Of a stretch of DNA of 64,000 nucleotides, positions 29,882 through 39,985 are shown in pieces (the first letter of the stretch is position 1; the number at the start of each line of letters is the position of its first letter). This DNA comes from Vulcanimicrobiota bacterium (GTDB lineage: Bacteria; Vulcanimicrobiota; Vulcanimicrobiia; Eremiobacterales; Eremiobacteraceae). The stretch lies in NCBI GenBank assembly GCA_963812135.1, contig CAWETU010000001.1, positions 1,760,001 to 1,824,000 on the forward strand, in the 5' to 3' direction. The notes beneath the pieces were generated by a model. The model saw only the letters and a list, made by a program, of their open reading frames with translations. It was not told where the DNA came from and did no database searches. The position numbers and the translations under genes were made by a program.

Positions 29882-31241
29882 CTAGAAGTCGTCGTCAGCC
29901 GGCTCGTTTGTAGGCGCGTGCATCAGCTGTGCGGTGGTCATCTCGCCGTCGATCATGACGAATTTGCCGGGCGGCCCGTAGAAGTTGAAGCAGTCCGACA
30001 GATCATCCGCTCGTGCGTCTGCGTTTCCCAATGAACCGAGGTTCCAGTTCTTCTCGACGAACTTCAAGATACTGGCTTGCTCGTGTTGGACGTGCGACAC
30101 GTAGCCACGTTTCGCGTACGGCGAGACGACGATGAGCGGCACGCGGAACCCGATCTCGTACGAGCTGTAGACGACCGGCTTGACATGATCGAACCAACCG
30201 CCCCAGTCATCCCACGTGATGAAAATTGCGGTGTTGTTCCAGTACTTGCTCTTTCCCACCGCGTTGACGACGGACGCGACCCACGCGGGCCCCGTTCCCT
30301 TGTTGCACGACGCGTGGTCTGACTCCGCACAGGTCGGGTTGACCCACGACACCTGTTGCAGTTTGCCGCTGCTGATGTCGGTGAGCACGGTCGTCTCAGG
30401 CGTGATGACGTTCGCCCACGCCGGGCCGTAACGCAGGTGCTTGATGGCATCCGGCGCGGACCAATAGCCGTTGTTGCCCGCGTCGTAGTAGCGCCATGTG
30501 ACACCCTTTGCGTTGAGCAGATCGATCAGCGTCGGGTGATCGAAGCAAGGCCGCATCACGACCGTCTCGTTCCCCGCGGGATCGATCATCGTGACTTGCG
30601 CTTTGGGCGACCCATCGCAGTTCTTGCCGTTGGAGACCCAGCCGCTCATCCCGGGATAGCGCGGGTTTTCCGCTGCCATCAGTTTGCTGCCGACGGCGTT
30701 GGTTGAGGTGCCGGCTATGATGAATTGGTGCGCAGGAAAACTCGGCCCCTGATTGTCCTGGAAGGTGCGATCGGCGAACGTGTACGTCGTCGCGAGCTTC
30801 CAATACGGCATGATCTGGCTTGCGGGGGACATAGCCAAACGCGGTCGGGTGGCACGGCTTGCGGCACCGGATCTTCACGTTGTCCCAGCCATTCATCTTG
30901 CCGCCGTTGTATTCGGTCAAGAAGCCCTTGTGGCTGTGATCGAGGTCGAACCGGTTGTCGAGCGGCCGCGGCATCAGCACGACCTTGACGCCCTTCGAGT
31001 TGTAACCGCTGTTCACGATGTCAGCGCCCGGCAGCCCCTGAAAGAGATTGTCCGGCGTACGATTTTCCTGAACGATGATGATGACGTGTTGAATCGGCTG
31101 TTGTGTGAATGGGGGTTTGCCGTGACATGGCCCGTCACACGGCTTGACGGCCGGAGCGGCGGTGGTCGCCGTCGGGTCCGCTTGCGAGAACACGAAGAGA
31201 ACCGCGATACAAATCGCCGCCAATGAAAGCGCCCTCAACAT
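29882..31241 (-). CDS. Secreted phosphoesterase (phospholipase C/acid phosphatase family), +1 frameshift in the G5 run 30824-30828
   Basis: IQHVIIIVQENRTPDNLF, GPSFPAHQ, ITWDDWGGWFDHV, GFRVPLIVVSPYAK. Confidence 0.88.
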
Positions 31242-31440
31242 GCAGTTGCCTCCCGTCTTAAAGCCTAAGGTGCCCTGTGATCCCTAAACCAAGGACGCGG
31301 CTGTTGCCACGCCGCGGTTTTCTTGGGTTCGCGCGGCGGAGCCTGCGCGCGAGTCACGACGTCGAACACCTGGTCTTGCAGCGGCCAAGGGGGCGCACGC
31401 CGGCCCCAATTTTTCGCGGAGGATGTGGCGTCTTTGGCGA

Positions 31441-31706
31441 GAGGGATGCGCGTGCCGGGACTCGTCATCAGCCCGTATGCGCGCAAGGGATTCATCGATC
31501 ACCAGACGTTGAGCTTCGATGCGTTCGCAAAGTTCATCGAGGACGACTTCCTCAACGGCAGCCGGCTCGATCCGCGAACCGACGGTCGCCCCGACCCGCG
31601 ACCGGACGTGCGCGAGAACCAAGCGATCCTCGGCGACCTGCAAAAGGACTTCGACTTCTCGCAGGCCCCGCGCGCGCCGCTCGTGCTTCCGGGCGGCCAC
31701 CTGTAG
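31441..31706 (+). pseudogene. C-terminal fragment of a second phosphoesterase
   Basis: GMRVPGLVISPYARKGFIDHQTLSFDAFAKFIED..GDLQKDFDFSQAPRAPLVL with no N-terminal catalytic part. Confidence 0.7.
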
Positions 31707-31820
31707 CGCAACTGTGCCGCAGCTTACTCTCGTCTCGAAGCAGAGGTGCGGACCTGCGCACACGCAAAGGAAATCAGTCTCGTCGGCAGTGGCCCGGCGA
31801 TCTGATGGGAGTGCGATCGT

Positions 31821-32768
31821 ATGAAACTGCGAACGGCTTTGGTCTCGGGTCTGATGCTCTTGCTCGTCGCGTGCAGCTCGAGCTCGACGTCACCCACCCC
31901 CACGCCTGTGCCGCAGACGCTTTTCGTGGGCAACACGGGCGCGGTGAAGAGCTTGGAGACATTTCCGCTGACGGCGACCGGCAACGCGGCGCCCGCCACG
32001 ACCATCAGCGGCGCGTTGGCGAATGTGGCTGAGCCGCTCGGCATCGCCGTGGATTCCGCTGGTTTCATCTACGAGTCCGAGTTCAACGCCAGCAAGAACA
32101 TCCAGGTCTTCAGCCCGGGCGCGACAGGCAACGTCGCCCCGGCGCGGACAATCACGGGTCTGAATGATCCCCTTGGCGTGGCGGTCGATAGCGCGGGAGA
32201 TCTCTATGTCGCGGATCGCGGCGCCGTCAACGTGAAGGTGTTCGCGCCCGGCGCGAACGGCGCGGCCGTTCCCATCCGGACGCTCAGCGTCGCAGCGTCC
32301 GGTTTGACCGACGTCAGCTACATCGCGCTCGACGGCGTGGGCAACATGTACATCTCAGGCGAGGGCAGCGGCCACATCGCCGTCTATCCGACCTCGGCGA
32401 GCGGCAATCCGGCGCCGCTGCACTACATCGGCGGAGCGCTCACCACGTTGGTCAACCCTTATGGCATGGCTTTCGACGCCGCGAACAACCTGTACGTCGT
32501 GGACTACAGCACGCAGAAGATCAGCGTCTTCCCGCTAGGAGCCGACGGGAACGTCGCGCCGGCGCGCCAGATCACAAGTTCCGGACCCGCATTCTCCAAC
32601 ATCTACGAACCGGCGATCGACAACTTGGGCAATATCTGGGTCGACGACAACAACACGAATACGATCTTCGAGTTCCCGGCGGGCGCGAGCGGCGCCACCG
32701 CGCCGACGAAGACCATCACCGGCGCGGCCACGGGTCTCAGTTCACCGTGGGGGATGACTATCCACTGA
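31821..32768 (+). CDS. NHL-repeat beta-propeller lipoprotein
   Basis: LVAC lipobox; repeated PLGIAVDSAG/PYGMAFD and GNVAPARTI units. Confidence 0.85.
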   Translation: MKLRTALVSGLMLLLVACSSSSTSPTPTPVPQTLFVGNTGAVKSLETFPLTATGNAAPATTISGALANVAEPLGIAVDSAGFIYESEFNASKNIQVFSPGATGNVAPARTITGLNDPLGVAVDSAGDLYVADRGAVNVKVFAPGANGAAVPIRTLSVAASGLTDVSYIALDGVGNMYISGEGSGHIAVYPTSASGNPAPLHYIGGALTTLVNPYGMAFDAANNLYVVDYSTQKISVFPLGADGNVAPARQITSSGPAFSNIYEPAIDNLGNIWVDDNNTNTIFEFPAGASGATAPTKTITGAATGLSSPWGMTIH

Positions 32769-32791
32769 TCTCGCGCGACAGCGCTGTTATC

Positions 32792-32828
32792 AAAAAGCCC
32801 GCATCGCTTGGCGCGTTGCGGGCTTTCT
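32792..32828. terminator. Bidirectional Rho-independent terminator
   Basis: aaaaagcccgca...tgcgggctttct. Confidence 0.8.
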
Positions 32829-32829
32829 C

Positions 32830-32859
32830 TTTCGGGCCGACTGCATTCGAACCAGCGAT
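32830..32859 (-). repeat. Duplicated tRNA-Pro 3' end (att-like direct repeat)
   Basis: tttcgggccgactgcattcgaaccagcgat versus 39745-39774 tttcgggccgactggattcgaaccagcgat, 29/30 identical. Confidence 0.9.
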
Positions 32860-32880
32860 AAACGTCGAGCGCCGCTCGTG

Positions 32881-35800
32881 CTACCGGGCCGGCACTTGTG
32901 ACTGCTCGGACGACACGCCGTCGAGCGCTGCTTCGAGCGCGCCCGGTGGCGCGTGCGGCGGTTGTCCGTGTTCGGGCGGCAGCTCATCGTCTTGCTGCAC
33001 CTTTTCGGGTGCGAACCGCATATATGCGACCGGGACGAGCACAAGCGTCAGCAAGAGCGAGCTGATCAACCCGCCGATCACCACGATGCCCAGGCTCTGG
33101 CGCACCTGCGATCCGGCGACCAGACCGAGCGCGAGCGGCGTCATGCCCGCGATCATCGACGCGGTCGTCATGACGATCGGCCGGAACCGGATACGCGCGC
33201 TCTCCTGCAACGCCTCGAGTTTCGCGTAGCCTCGCCGGCGCAGCGTATTGGCGTAATCCACCAACAAGATGCCGTTCTTGGACACAAGCCCCACGAGCAT
33301 CACCGTGCCGATCAACGAGAACAGATTGAGCGTCTGGTGGGTCAGCGCCAGTGCGCCGATCGCACCGACGGACGCCACCGGCACCGCGAACATGATGATG
33401 AACGGCGTCGAGTAGTTGTTGTATAACGCCACCATGAGCAGATAGACCAGGACAAACGAGAGCGCGAGAGCGGCTGCCATGCCGGTCACGGTGTCCTGAA
33501 GATTCTGCTGGTTGCCGTTCGGATTCGCGCGCACCGTCACGAAGGCGGGCAGGTGCAGCGCTTGCAATCCTTTTGTGAAATCCCGCTGCACGTTGGAAAG
33601 CGCATAGCCGGGCGCGACGTTCGCGGTCACGTGGATCACGGTCTGCCGGTTGACGCGCGTGATGACCAGCTGCGTCGGCGCCCACGTCAGCGTCGCCACA
33701 TCGCCGACGCGCGCCAAACTTCCATCGCTCGCACGTACGCCGATGTTGCCGATCTCGTCGAGATTCGTACGATCCTGCAGCGGATAGATGACTTGCACGT
33801 CTTTGAGCCCGTTCTGGGCCTCGATCTGCGTCGCGACCGCGCCTCCGAGCGCCGCCCGAATGGCGGTCGAGGCGGAGCCGACGCTGATGCCGAGCGACTT
33901 GGCCGCCGCTTTATCGAAGGTCACCTCGACCTGCGGCGCGAGCTGTTGGCCGGAACTGGTCACGTTCGTCGTGCCGGGGGTCCGGCGCAATAGATCGTAG
34001 ACCTGTTGCGCGTACGGCAGCGGATCGGCCTGGAGACTCGTCACGAGATAGTCGATCGGCTGCGCGTTGCCGCCGCCGGTGCTCGTCGCCGGGATGACGG
34101 TGATGGTGGCGCCTTGTATCAGCGAACGCAGCTTGTTCTTGAGGTAGTCGACCCAGTAGTTGGTGGAGTGCTTGCGATTATCAATAAGGAAGATGTGTAC
34201 TTGGCCGACGTTGCCTTCATTGAGTCCACCACCGAACGGCGAAGAGTATGCGCCCGATATCCCGGTGACGGCCTTTGCGTCGGGGATCTGGAGCGTGACC
34301 GCATTGACTTGCCGCACTGCGGCGTCGGTCTTGGTCAGCGGGGTGCCTGGCGGGAACTGGATCTGGATGAAGATCTCGCCGCGGTCCACGGGCGGGATGA
34401 ACGTGAACCCGAGCACGCCGAGCGGCAGCATCGCGATCGCCAGGAGCAGCGAAACGACCGCGATGCCGACCACGAGTTTCGGTCGCGCCAGACCCGCGGG
34501 CAAGACGCGGTGCGCATACCACAGCCGCGCCTGCTCGAACTTCTCCTCGAACTTGCGCATGATCGGCCAAGGCGTCCAGCGGCTGCGCAGCGACCAGCGG
34601 CCGGCCAGGGTCGGCGTGACCGTGAAGGATGTCCACAGCGAAGCCAAAGTGGCCACCACGACGACCAACGCGAATTCGGTCAAGAACTTTCCGACGATGC
34701 CGGGCAGAAACGCGATGGGCAGAAAGACGACGACGTCGACCAGCGTGATGACGATTGCGGCGAATCCGATCTCGGAGCGCCCGTTGACCGCCGCCCACAG
34801 CGGCGGCTCACCGTCTTTGTGATGTCGTTCGATGTTCTCGAGCACCACGATCGAGTCGTCCACCAAGATGCCGACGACGAGCGTCATCGCGAGCAGCGAG
34901 ATGGTGTCGATCGTGAAGTTCGCCAGTTTCATCACGCAAACGGTCACGAGCAACGATGTGGGAATCGCGATCATGACCACGACCGCGCTACGCCACGAAC
35001 CGAGGAAGAACAGCATGACGATGGCCGTCAGCCCGACGCCCTCTAAGAGCGTGTGAAGGACGCCGGTGATCTGCTGGCGGGTGTATGTGGCTTGTACGTT
35101 GACCACCGAGAAGTCGACGCCGGGGAACTGCGCCCGCAGGCGCGGGAGCACTTTGAGCACGTTGTCGGACGTCGAGACCTCGTTCGCCTGGGTCGTCTTC
35201 TGCACTTGGAGGAACGCGCGCAGCGCGCCGTTGACGAACGCGAAGACGCGGCGCTCCTCATACGAGTCCGTCACCGCGGCGATGTCGCCGATGCGCACTA
35301 CTTTCGACCCGCTCGTCCACGGGTTGACCGTGGGCGCTGCCGGGGCAGATGACACCGGCTGGCCGTTGAGCAGCAGCGGCAGGCTCGCTACACCTTCGGG
35401 CGTTTGGATATCGCCCCGGACGTCGACTGTGGTCTCTCGGGTCGGCTGATAGATGATGCCGCCGGGCTGGCGCTGGTTGTTGGTGGCCAGCGTGCTCACG
35501 ACGTCATTGATCGAGTAGCCTCCGGCCTGCAGCGCAGCTGGGTCGACCGTTACCTGGAATGAGGGCGTCACGGTGCCGTTCGCGTTGACGAACCCGACGC
35601 CGTCCACTTGTTCGAGGATGGGGATGATCTGATTGTTGACGAGGTCCGATAACCCGGGGACCGAGTACGAGCGAGAGGCGACGCCCAGCGTCACCACCGT
35701 CGACTGGCCCGGATCGACCGTTGAGATAGTCGGCGACCGCAAGTCGCTCGGCAGCTGCGATTGCGCTGCCTGAACACGGCGCTGCACCTCGACCAACGAC

Positions 35801-36108
35801 GTGTTGACGTCGGCGCCCAAGTTGAAGACGGCGGAGATGGTCGCGCGTCCTTGCAGGACGGTCGTGTTGATGACGTTGAGGTCAGGAGCGCCTGCGATCT
35901 GATCTTCGATCGGCCGCGCGATGTTGTCGCGCATCTCGGTCGGCGAGGCACCCGGGTAGTTGACTTGCACGGTGACTGTCGGCAGGTCGACGTTCGGGAA
36001 CTGCTGTTCGGTGATATTCAAGTACGAGATAACGCCCGCAATGGTGATGAACACGATCATCACAAAGACGAGCGCCGGCCGTTGGACGAACAGCCGTGTC
36101 AGCCACAT
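32881..36108 (-). CDS. RND efflux permease (AcrB/MdtC family)
   Basis: FPNVDLPTVTV..YPGASP, GILVDDSIVVLENI, GLVSKNGILLVD, RFRPIVMTT. Confidence 0.93.
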   Translation of the reverse strand: MWLTRLFVQRPALVFVMIVFITIAGVISYLNITEQQFPNVDLPTVTVQVNYPGASPTEMRDNIARPIEDQIAGAPDLNVINTTVLQGRATISAVFNLGADVNTSLVEVQRRVQAAQSQLPSDLRSPTISTVDPGQSTVVTLGVASRSYSVPGLSDLVNNQIIPILEQVDGVGFVNANGTVTPSFQVTVDPAALQAGGYSINDVVSTLATNNQRQPGGIIYQPTRETTVDVRGDIQTPEGVASLPLLLNGQPVSSAPAAPTVNPWTSGSKVVRIGDIAAVTDSYEERRVFAFVNGALRAFLQVQKTTQANEVSTSDNVLKVLPRLRAQFPGVDFSVVNVQATYTRQQITGVLHTLLEGVGLTAIVMLFFLGSWRSAVVVMIAIPTSLLVTVCVMKLANFTIDTISLLAMTLVVGILVDDSIVVLENIERHHKDGEPPLWAAVNGRSEIGFAAIVITLVDVVVFLPIAFLPGIVGKFLTEFALVVVVATLASLWTSFTVTPTLAGRWSLRSRWTPWPIMRKFEEKFEQARLWYAHRVLPAGLARPKLVVGIAVVSLLLAIAMLPLGVLGFTFIPPVDRGEIFIQIQFPPGTPLTKTDAAVRQVNAVTLQIPDAKAVTGISGAYSSPFGGGLNEGNVGQVHIFLIDNRKHSTNYWVDYLKNKLRSLIQGATITVIPATSTGGGNAQPIDYLVTSLQADPLPYAQQVYDLLRRTPGTTNVTSSGQQLAPQVEVTFDKAAAKSLGISVGSASTAIRAALGGAVATQIEAQNGLKDVQVIYPLQDRTNLDEIGNIGVRASDGSLARVGDVATLTWAPTQLVITRVNRQTVIHVTANVAPGYALSNVQRDFTKGLQALHLPAFVTVRANPNGNQQNLQDTVTGMAAALALSFVLVYLLMVALYNNYSTPFIIMFAVPVASVGAIGALALTHQTLNLFSLIGTVMLVGLVSKNGILLVDYANTLRRRGYAKLEALQESARIRFRPIVMTTASMIAGMTPLALGLVAGSQVRQSLGIVVIGGLISSLLLTLVLVPVAYMRFAPEKVQQDDELPPEHGQPPHAPPGALEAALDGVSSEQSQVPAR

Positions 36109-36109
36109 A

Positions 36110-37396
36110 TCAGTGGGCCATCGCAGCCTGGCTGCTCTGGACCTGGACTTGTTGACCGTCCGAGATCGCGAGCGTGCCGTCGCTGACAACCGTCGCGCCG
36201 TTTGGCAGACCCTGCACGACCGCGTATTTCGGGCCGGCCGCCAGCTCCACGACTTGCGTGATGTGCGCCTTGTTGTCGTTGTCGATCGTGTACAACGTCT
36301 TATGAGTGTCGTCGATGAACGCGCCGACCGGAACGGCGACGCCGGTGACCGGCTGCTTCCCGAGGCGCGCCGCGACCGTCATGCCCGGCAACAGCACGCG
36401 CTGCGGATTGGGGATCACGACCTTGACGATAAAGCCCGCGGCCGACGGCGTCGTCGGCGGCAACACGGCCACCACTTTCGCGGTGAAGCGTTTGCCCGGC
36501 ACGGCAAGCGAGCTGAGCGAGACCGTTGAGCCGAGTTGGATGCCGGAGATCTGGCCGCCGTAGGCGTTGAGCGCTGCGTAGACGCTCGAGATCGCTTGCA
36601 GCGTGAAGATCTGACGCGTTCCGGGATACTCACCTGGATTGATGTTGCGGTTGACGACCAAAGCGTCGACAGGAGCGACGATGGTCGCTTTGGCGATCTG
36701 CGCTTGCACCGATTCGGCTTGCGCGTGCGCTGAGGCCGCTGCAGCGAGCGCCGCCTGGATGTTCGCCTGCTGCATGCCCGCTCGTTGATCGCCGTTCGCT
36801 TGCTGGTTCTCGATCGCGGTCGCGAGCGCGGCTTGCGCGGCAGCCACCTGCGTCTGCTGCGTCTGCACCTCTTGGGCCGAAATGTATCCTTGGCTGAACA
36901 ACTGCTGGTCTCGATGCAGCGTGCTCTCGGCGAGGTTCAGTTGCGCTTGTGCGGTGCGGACCTGATCGCCGCCCGACGCGATCGCGTATTGCGCCTGGTA
37001 CTTGGTCTGAACCGCCTTTGCGTCTGCCTCAGCGGCCGCCCGCTCTGCGGCGTCGAGTTGCGCCTGCAGATCGGTGATCGAAAGACGCGCGATCACCTGA
37101 CCCTGCCGGACGACGTCCCCTTCGTTGACGAGGACGGCATCCGCCGGTTCGGTCAGGCTGCTCGTGATGGCGACGTTTTGAAGCGGCGCCACCAGGCCCG
37201 ATAATGACACCACCGGCTGCACCGTCCGGACGGTCGCCTTGTCCGCGGGCACCAACGGCGGCGCCGCCTTTAAGCTGGCTGCTTTCTGAGAGCAGCCGGA
37301 CGTGCAGATGAGAGCCACTGCTGACAGCGCGAGGGCGACCCGAACAGCGGTTCGGCTAGTCCTCGTCGGCACCACGACCGAAACCGTTTTCGGCAT
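36110..37396 (-). CDS. RND periplasmic adaptor (membrane fusion protein)
   Basis: SGC lipobox, VNEGDVVRQGQVIA, coiled coil, IVAPVDA, LLPGM. Confidence 0.9.
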   Translation of the reverse strand: MPKTVSVVVPTRTSRTAVRVALALSAVALICTSGCSQKAASLKAAPPLVPADKATVRTVQPVVSLSGLVAPLQNVAITSSLTEPADAVLVNEGDVVRQGQVIARLSITDLQAQLDAAERAAAEADAKAVQTKYQAQYAIASGGDQVRTAQAQLNLAESTLHRDQQLFSQGYISAQEVQTQQTQVAAAQAALATAIENQQANGDQRAGMQQANIQAALAAAASAHAQAESVQAQIAKATIVAPVDALVVNRNINPGEYPGTRQIFTLQAISSVYAALNAYGGQISGIQLGSTVSLSSLAVPGKRFTAKVVAVLPPTTPSAAGFIVKVVIPNPQRVLLPGMTVAARLGKQPVTGVAVPVGAFIDDTHKTLYTIDNDNKAHITQVVELAAGPKYAVVQGLPNGATVVSDGTLAISDGQQVQVQSSQAAMAH

Positions 37397-37510
37397 GCAG
37401 AATATTGTGACACCCCAGGTGTAAAGAACGCTGTGAACACCCTGGCGAAGGGCTATTTCTGGCTTATACCCCGCCGGATGAACCCCATAGCGCCGTCCGA
37501 AAATGCATGG

Positions 37511-38065
37511 TCACGGGCACGCTCTCGGTTTCCCGGCCACTTTGGCGCCGTTGTACGCATCTTTGACCACGCTGATGATGTTTTTCGGCATATCGGAGTT
37601 CACGAGCACGACGACCGGTATCGTACACTTGAAGATGCCGATGTAGGTATGAAGATGCACGCCGCCGCCAAAGAGAGCGCCGTTCTTGCAAACATAGGGG
37701 TTCGGGCAGGCCGCGCCTTCCGCGCAATCCCAGGCGATGCAATTCGGCGACGCCGCGAGCAGCACCGATTTGTCGCCTGGGGCGAGCAGTCTGTTGCCAG
37801 AGATGAGGTCGTTCAAAATCCAGAAAAGATCCTGCGCCGAAAGCACCCAGCCGCCCCCACCGCATGCGAGCGTCCAGTCGCCCCACGTTTTCCCATGCGC
37901 GGATCCAGCCGGCAGCGGATAGGACAGCACGGCCGGGTAGCCGGGAGCAGAATATGGCTTGCACGCTCTGTTCCCAAGTCCGACCGGTCTGAAGACGTGC
38001 GCGTTCATATAGTTGATGTAGAACGCGGCGCTCTTGGCAGGAGAGTATGCCGTCGAACATTTCAA
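37511..38065 (-). pseudogene. C-terminal fragment of a beta-lactamase-family serine hydrolase
   Basis: YMNAHVFRPVGL..GGGGWVLSAQDL..KNG resemble the C-terminal half of the family; no SxxK half is present. Confidence 0.5.
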
Positions 38066-38130
38066 GTCGCCGCTGCTTGTCGTCCTCGGCCATTCACGCT
38101 ACGGCGCGGTGATCGCGACCCTCGACATCG

Positions 38131-39723
38131 TCAACACCAAGGGCAGTGGATGGTGATACGCCCTATCATCACCGGGTGGAAGTCGCACTGATAGATTATC
38201 CATCCCGACGGCGTGCCGCCGGTGCCCCCAACACTTAACGTGTACGACGACCCTGGCTCGATAATGGGGTCGTCGGCGGGGGACCAGTTCACTGTGTGTT
38301 CTTCATTATCGTCGTTGTACCAGGTCACGGACCCGCCTTGAACGACGTCGATATTCGGATAATAGTCCCCGGTGATGTGGACATCGACGTGTGACGGCCA
38401 CTGCGAGCCTCGGGGCGGGGGCCGGGGTGTCGGCTTCGGTGTCGGCGCCGGCGTCGGCTTCGGCGCCGACACGCAAGACCGATTGCTCGCTTGAGATTGT
38501 GTAAGGCCCTTGAACGCGGTTACCTCGTAGCACGTGCCGCGTTTCCACGGTCCGCCGTCTGCGGCGCGCAATGCCGGATCTTTCTGTGCGAAGGCAACGT
38601 ACTCAATATTCGGTGCCCCCTTGTAAAACACGTAGACGATGTATCCATCGATGTCCGAAATACAGCCTGGGGCGGCACACGGCGACCAGTCCCATGTCAG
38701 CGCATAATGATAGTTCGGGCTTGTGCCATTGTAGTACTGGCACCGCGAGTAGCGCGGAGAGGCCCCCTTTGTCACGGAGTGGCAGTCATCGAGGTGTTTC
38801 ACTCCCATCGGTGTGTTGACGAAGGCGGTCTCACCCACGCAGAATCGATTGCTCGGATCGGATTGTAGCTTCCCTCGATACGCGGTCACGATGAAGCACT
38901 CGCCCTTCTTGAACGGTTTGATCGCGCGGATGGTCAAGCTCGCGTCGGTCTGCGTATCCACTAGTATGCGCTTCGCGACGACGACCGGCTTGCCCAGATT
39001 GGCTGGTATTTCGAACTTGTAATTCGGCGTGGTCGTGCGGTAGATATCGAAGCCGTCTACCGGCGCCTTGGCGTCCCAGCGCCACACCAACAGAATCGTA
39101 CCTCCCCGGTTGATGATATCGGGGCAGAGAATTGCAGCCACGAGCCCGGCATGTTGGGCGCATGTTTTCGGATTGGTCGTATAGGTCAGATCCTTCGGCT
39201 GGGGGATGATGACAGGCGGCGGTACATTGATGTGCACGACGGTTGCGACGGCCACCGCAGGCGCGGGCGCGGAGCCGGCCTGGTGCCCGAACGCCTTCGG
39301 CGAGCGACACACGACCGCGCCGAATGGCCACGTCGCCAAGGACCGTTGCGCGCGATCGAGCGTGATGACAAGAGGAAGGGTAGGTGTTACCGCCGCTTTG
39401 CCCGATCGCGGCGTCAACGTGATAGTAAGCTTTGTAGAGCGATTCGGACGAATCGCCGGCAGCCCCGACGAGCCGGACCAGTTGGTCGGTGTCGAACTGT
39501 CGCGCACGAACACCATCGGAACGTCGAATCGTTGCGGGCCGCTCGCCGAGCCTCGATTGACGATCGTGACGTCCGCGGCGTAGCCACGAGTAGCGGCAAC
39601 ACACCATCGGACCGCGTGCGCGGACGAGATCGACAATTCCGAGGTCGCTCTTGTCGGAGCAGTGACGGACCCCAGCACGATCGGTGCTGCGGCTAAGATA
39701 CCGAGCACTGCAGACACTTTCAC
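38131..39723 (-). CDS. Secreted multidomain protein: CARDB-like, two Cys-rich FN3-like modules, C-terminal cupredoxin
   Basis: Signal peptide; two W-x-W..DG(F/Y)..C(F/Y)-x-VTA..S..SN..CV modules; EEHTV..YQCDFHPVM type-1 copper ligands. Confidence 0.7.
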   Translation of the reverse strand: MKVSAVLGILAAAPIVLGSVTAPTRATSELSISSAHAVRWCVAATRGYAADVTIVNRGSASGPQRFDVPMVFVRDSSTPTNWSGSSGLPAIRPNRSTKLTITLTPRSGKAAVTPTLPLVITLDRAQRSLATWPFGAVVCRSPKAFGHQAGSAPAPAVAVATVVHINVPPPVIIPQPKDLTYTTNPKTCAQHAGLVAAILCPDIINRGGTILLVWRWDAKAPVDGFDIYRTTTPNYKFEIPANLGKPVVVAKRILVDTQTDASLTIRAIKPFKKGECFIVTAYRGKLQSDPSNRFCVGETAFVNTPMGVKHLDDCHSVTKGASPRYSRCQYYNGTSPNYHYALTWDWSPCAAPGCISDIDGYIVYVFYKGAPNIEYVAFAQKDPALRAADGGPWKRGTCYEVTAFKGLTQSQASNRSCVSAPKPTPAPTPKPTPRPPPRGSQWPSHVDVHITGDYYPNIDVVQGGSVTWYNDDNEEHTVNWSPADDPIIEPGSSYTLSVGGTGGTPSGWIIYQCDFHPVMIGRITIHCPWC

Positions 39724-39746
39724 TGCGAGTCCCCCGCCTGCAACTT

Positions 39747-39821
39747 TCGGGCCGACTGGATTCGAACCAGCGATCTCCTGACCCCCAGTCAGGCGCGATA
39801 ACCAAGCTACGCTACGGCCCG
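39747..39821 (-). tRNA. tRNA-Pro (GGG), CCA not encoded
   Basis: CGGGCCGTAGCGTAGCTTGGTTATCGCGCCTGACTGGGGGTCAGGAGATCGCTGGTTCGAATCCAGTCGGCCCGA folds as a cloverleaf. Confidence 0.96.
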
Positions 39822-39985
39822 TCGTTATTTCATGCGGCTTCGCAAGCTTTCGCTCTGCCGCAACCGGGTCCTATCTGCGGCCGGCTCCACGACGGACCTG
39901 AAACGCCCGCAACGAAAAGGGACGTCGCCTTCGTTTCTTCGAAAACACCGCTCTTCGCATTGCGGATGCCAAACGTAGGTGCACC

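Larger units (their letters stand above)
32830..39774. mobile_element. Putative tRNA-Pro-anchored genomic island of about 6.9 kb, no integrase
   Basis: Bounded by the 30-bp tRNA 3'-end direct repeat; cargo is an RND pump, an MFP, a hydrolase fragment and a cupredoxin-domain protein. Confidence 0.65.

Noticed and set aside
32830..32859. Second tRNA gene
   Set aside because: Only the 3' 30 nt are present, with no D or anticodon arm; treated as an att-like repeat
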